DNA of 64,000 bases from Lama guanicoe (lineage: Eukaryota): contig MU053994.1 in the NCBI GenBank assembly GCA_013239625.1, positions 2,671,589 to 2,735,588 of the forward strand, given 5' to 3'. The translations under genes were made by a program, and so were the position numbers. Below, piece by piece: positions 63,079 through 64,000 of this stretch (its first letter is position 1; each line of letters opens with the position of its first letter). The notes beneath the pieces are model-generated. The model was given only the letters and a program-made list of their open reading frames with translations. It did not search any database and had not been told where the DNA came from.

Positions 63079-64000
63079 ACAATGCTGTCTATTTTAATCC
63101 TTATGGCAACTGTGGCTGATGCCGATAGCTGCCTACGTAATATCCATTTTGCCCTTTTTCCTTACACCTCTCACGATGCTTGGGCGAGCAGGCAGCTCCT
63201 CTGGCTCCCCCTGGGCAGCGGAGGGGATACTCATAGCATGAAAATAGCCCTGTCCAAAGAATTTTCGTCACAAATCCCTCTTCTTCATGTGGCTCTGGTT
63301 ATGTTCAGGGTTACGGTGTACTCAGGTAAAAAATATCACCTGTCCAGACTTCTTTGTTTGGGGAAGCCTATGACAGAATCTTGGACAATAAGAAGGAAAC
63401 AAGGTTGCTGCTTGGGCAGTCCAGGAGGGTTTACAGTACATAGATCTGGGTTTGTAAGAAAAAACTGGACTGTTTGGAACTCCATTTATCCAATTTTTCA
63501 TGGCCATACATGTGGGCAGACTTACATGTGCAAATTTTGCAAGTGTCTTCAAATCTGGCAATAATTTTTAAATCCAACAATAAACAGGGCAGATCAAACT
63601 CTACCCACAGGTGACTTAATATTGGTCAAAACAGTACCTTTGCCCCTCTATTTACAACACAGAGCCAAGACACGAGGCTAAGCATGGTTCATTTTATGAT
63701 GTGGAATCTTTACAGTAAACAACCTGAGAGCAAGGACATTTTGGAAATAGTGCCTGGGGCTGGTATGCCATTTTAGCCATCCATAAATCTAAACTTTAAT
63801 TAAGCACAACATGGTTGCTTATTTTTTTCATATCCTTTCCCCAAATTCTAGTTCTTGCTTTCTTTTCTTAGTTCTTACTTTAAATTTTACCATAAACAGA
63901 TTTTAATCATAATTTAAACATATGAGGGCCTGGTTTCATTTTTTTAAAAAAACTTCATTATTTTGGTTTTTTTTAAAACTTCATTACTTTTTCAAATTGA

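Noticed and set aside
63082..63564. 160-aa ORF
   Set aside because: Begins at a SINE flank, crosses repeat-like sequence and shows no recognisable homology

Overview
Repeat-dense, AT-rich mammalian genomic DNA, most likely from a camelid: four tRNA-Ala-derived vic-1-type SINEs and cetartiodactyl-type L1 3' ends are present. I recognise no host protein-coding exon, RNA gene or CRISPR array. The informative ORFs are decayed L1 ORF1/ORF2, Tigger1 transposase or ERV pol fragments; the rest look like chance ORFs. By eye most of the window is nested transposable elements: L1 of several ages, MaLR/ERVL/ERV1 LTRs, MIR, L2 and Tigger/MER2/Kanga/hAT DNA transposons. The most notable items are (1) a decayed class III provirus on the minus strand (~30480-36787) with a 5' LTR, tRNA-Ser PBS, gag/pro-pol remnants with YMDD and a gamma-type env SU remnant; (2) a local inverted duplication of a MIR forming a ~104-bp, 89%-identical hairpin; (3) a SINE carrying a MER2-derived 3' tail; (4) an L1 3' transduction bounded by a 16-bp TSD; and (5) several repeat-free islands that may be enhancers. 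I found no convincing intact novel system. Subfamily names come from recalled consensus motifs and need RepeatMasker/Dfam confirmation. Boundaries without a stated TSD are approximate.
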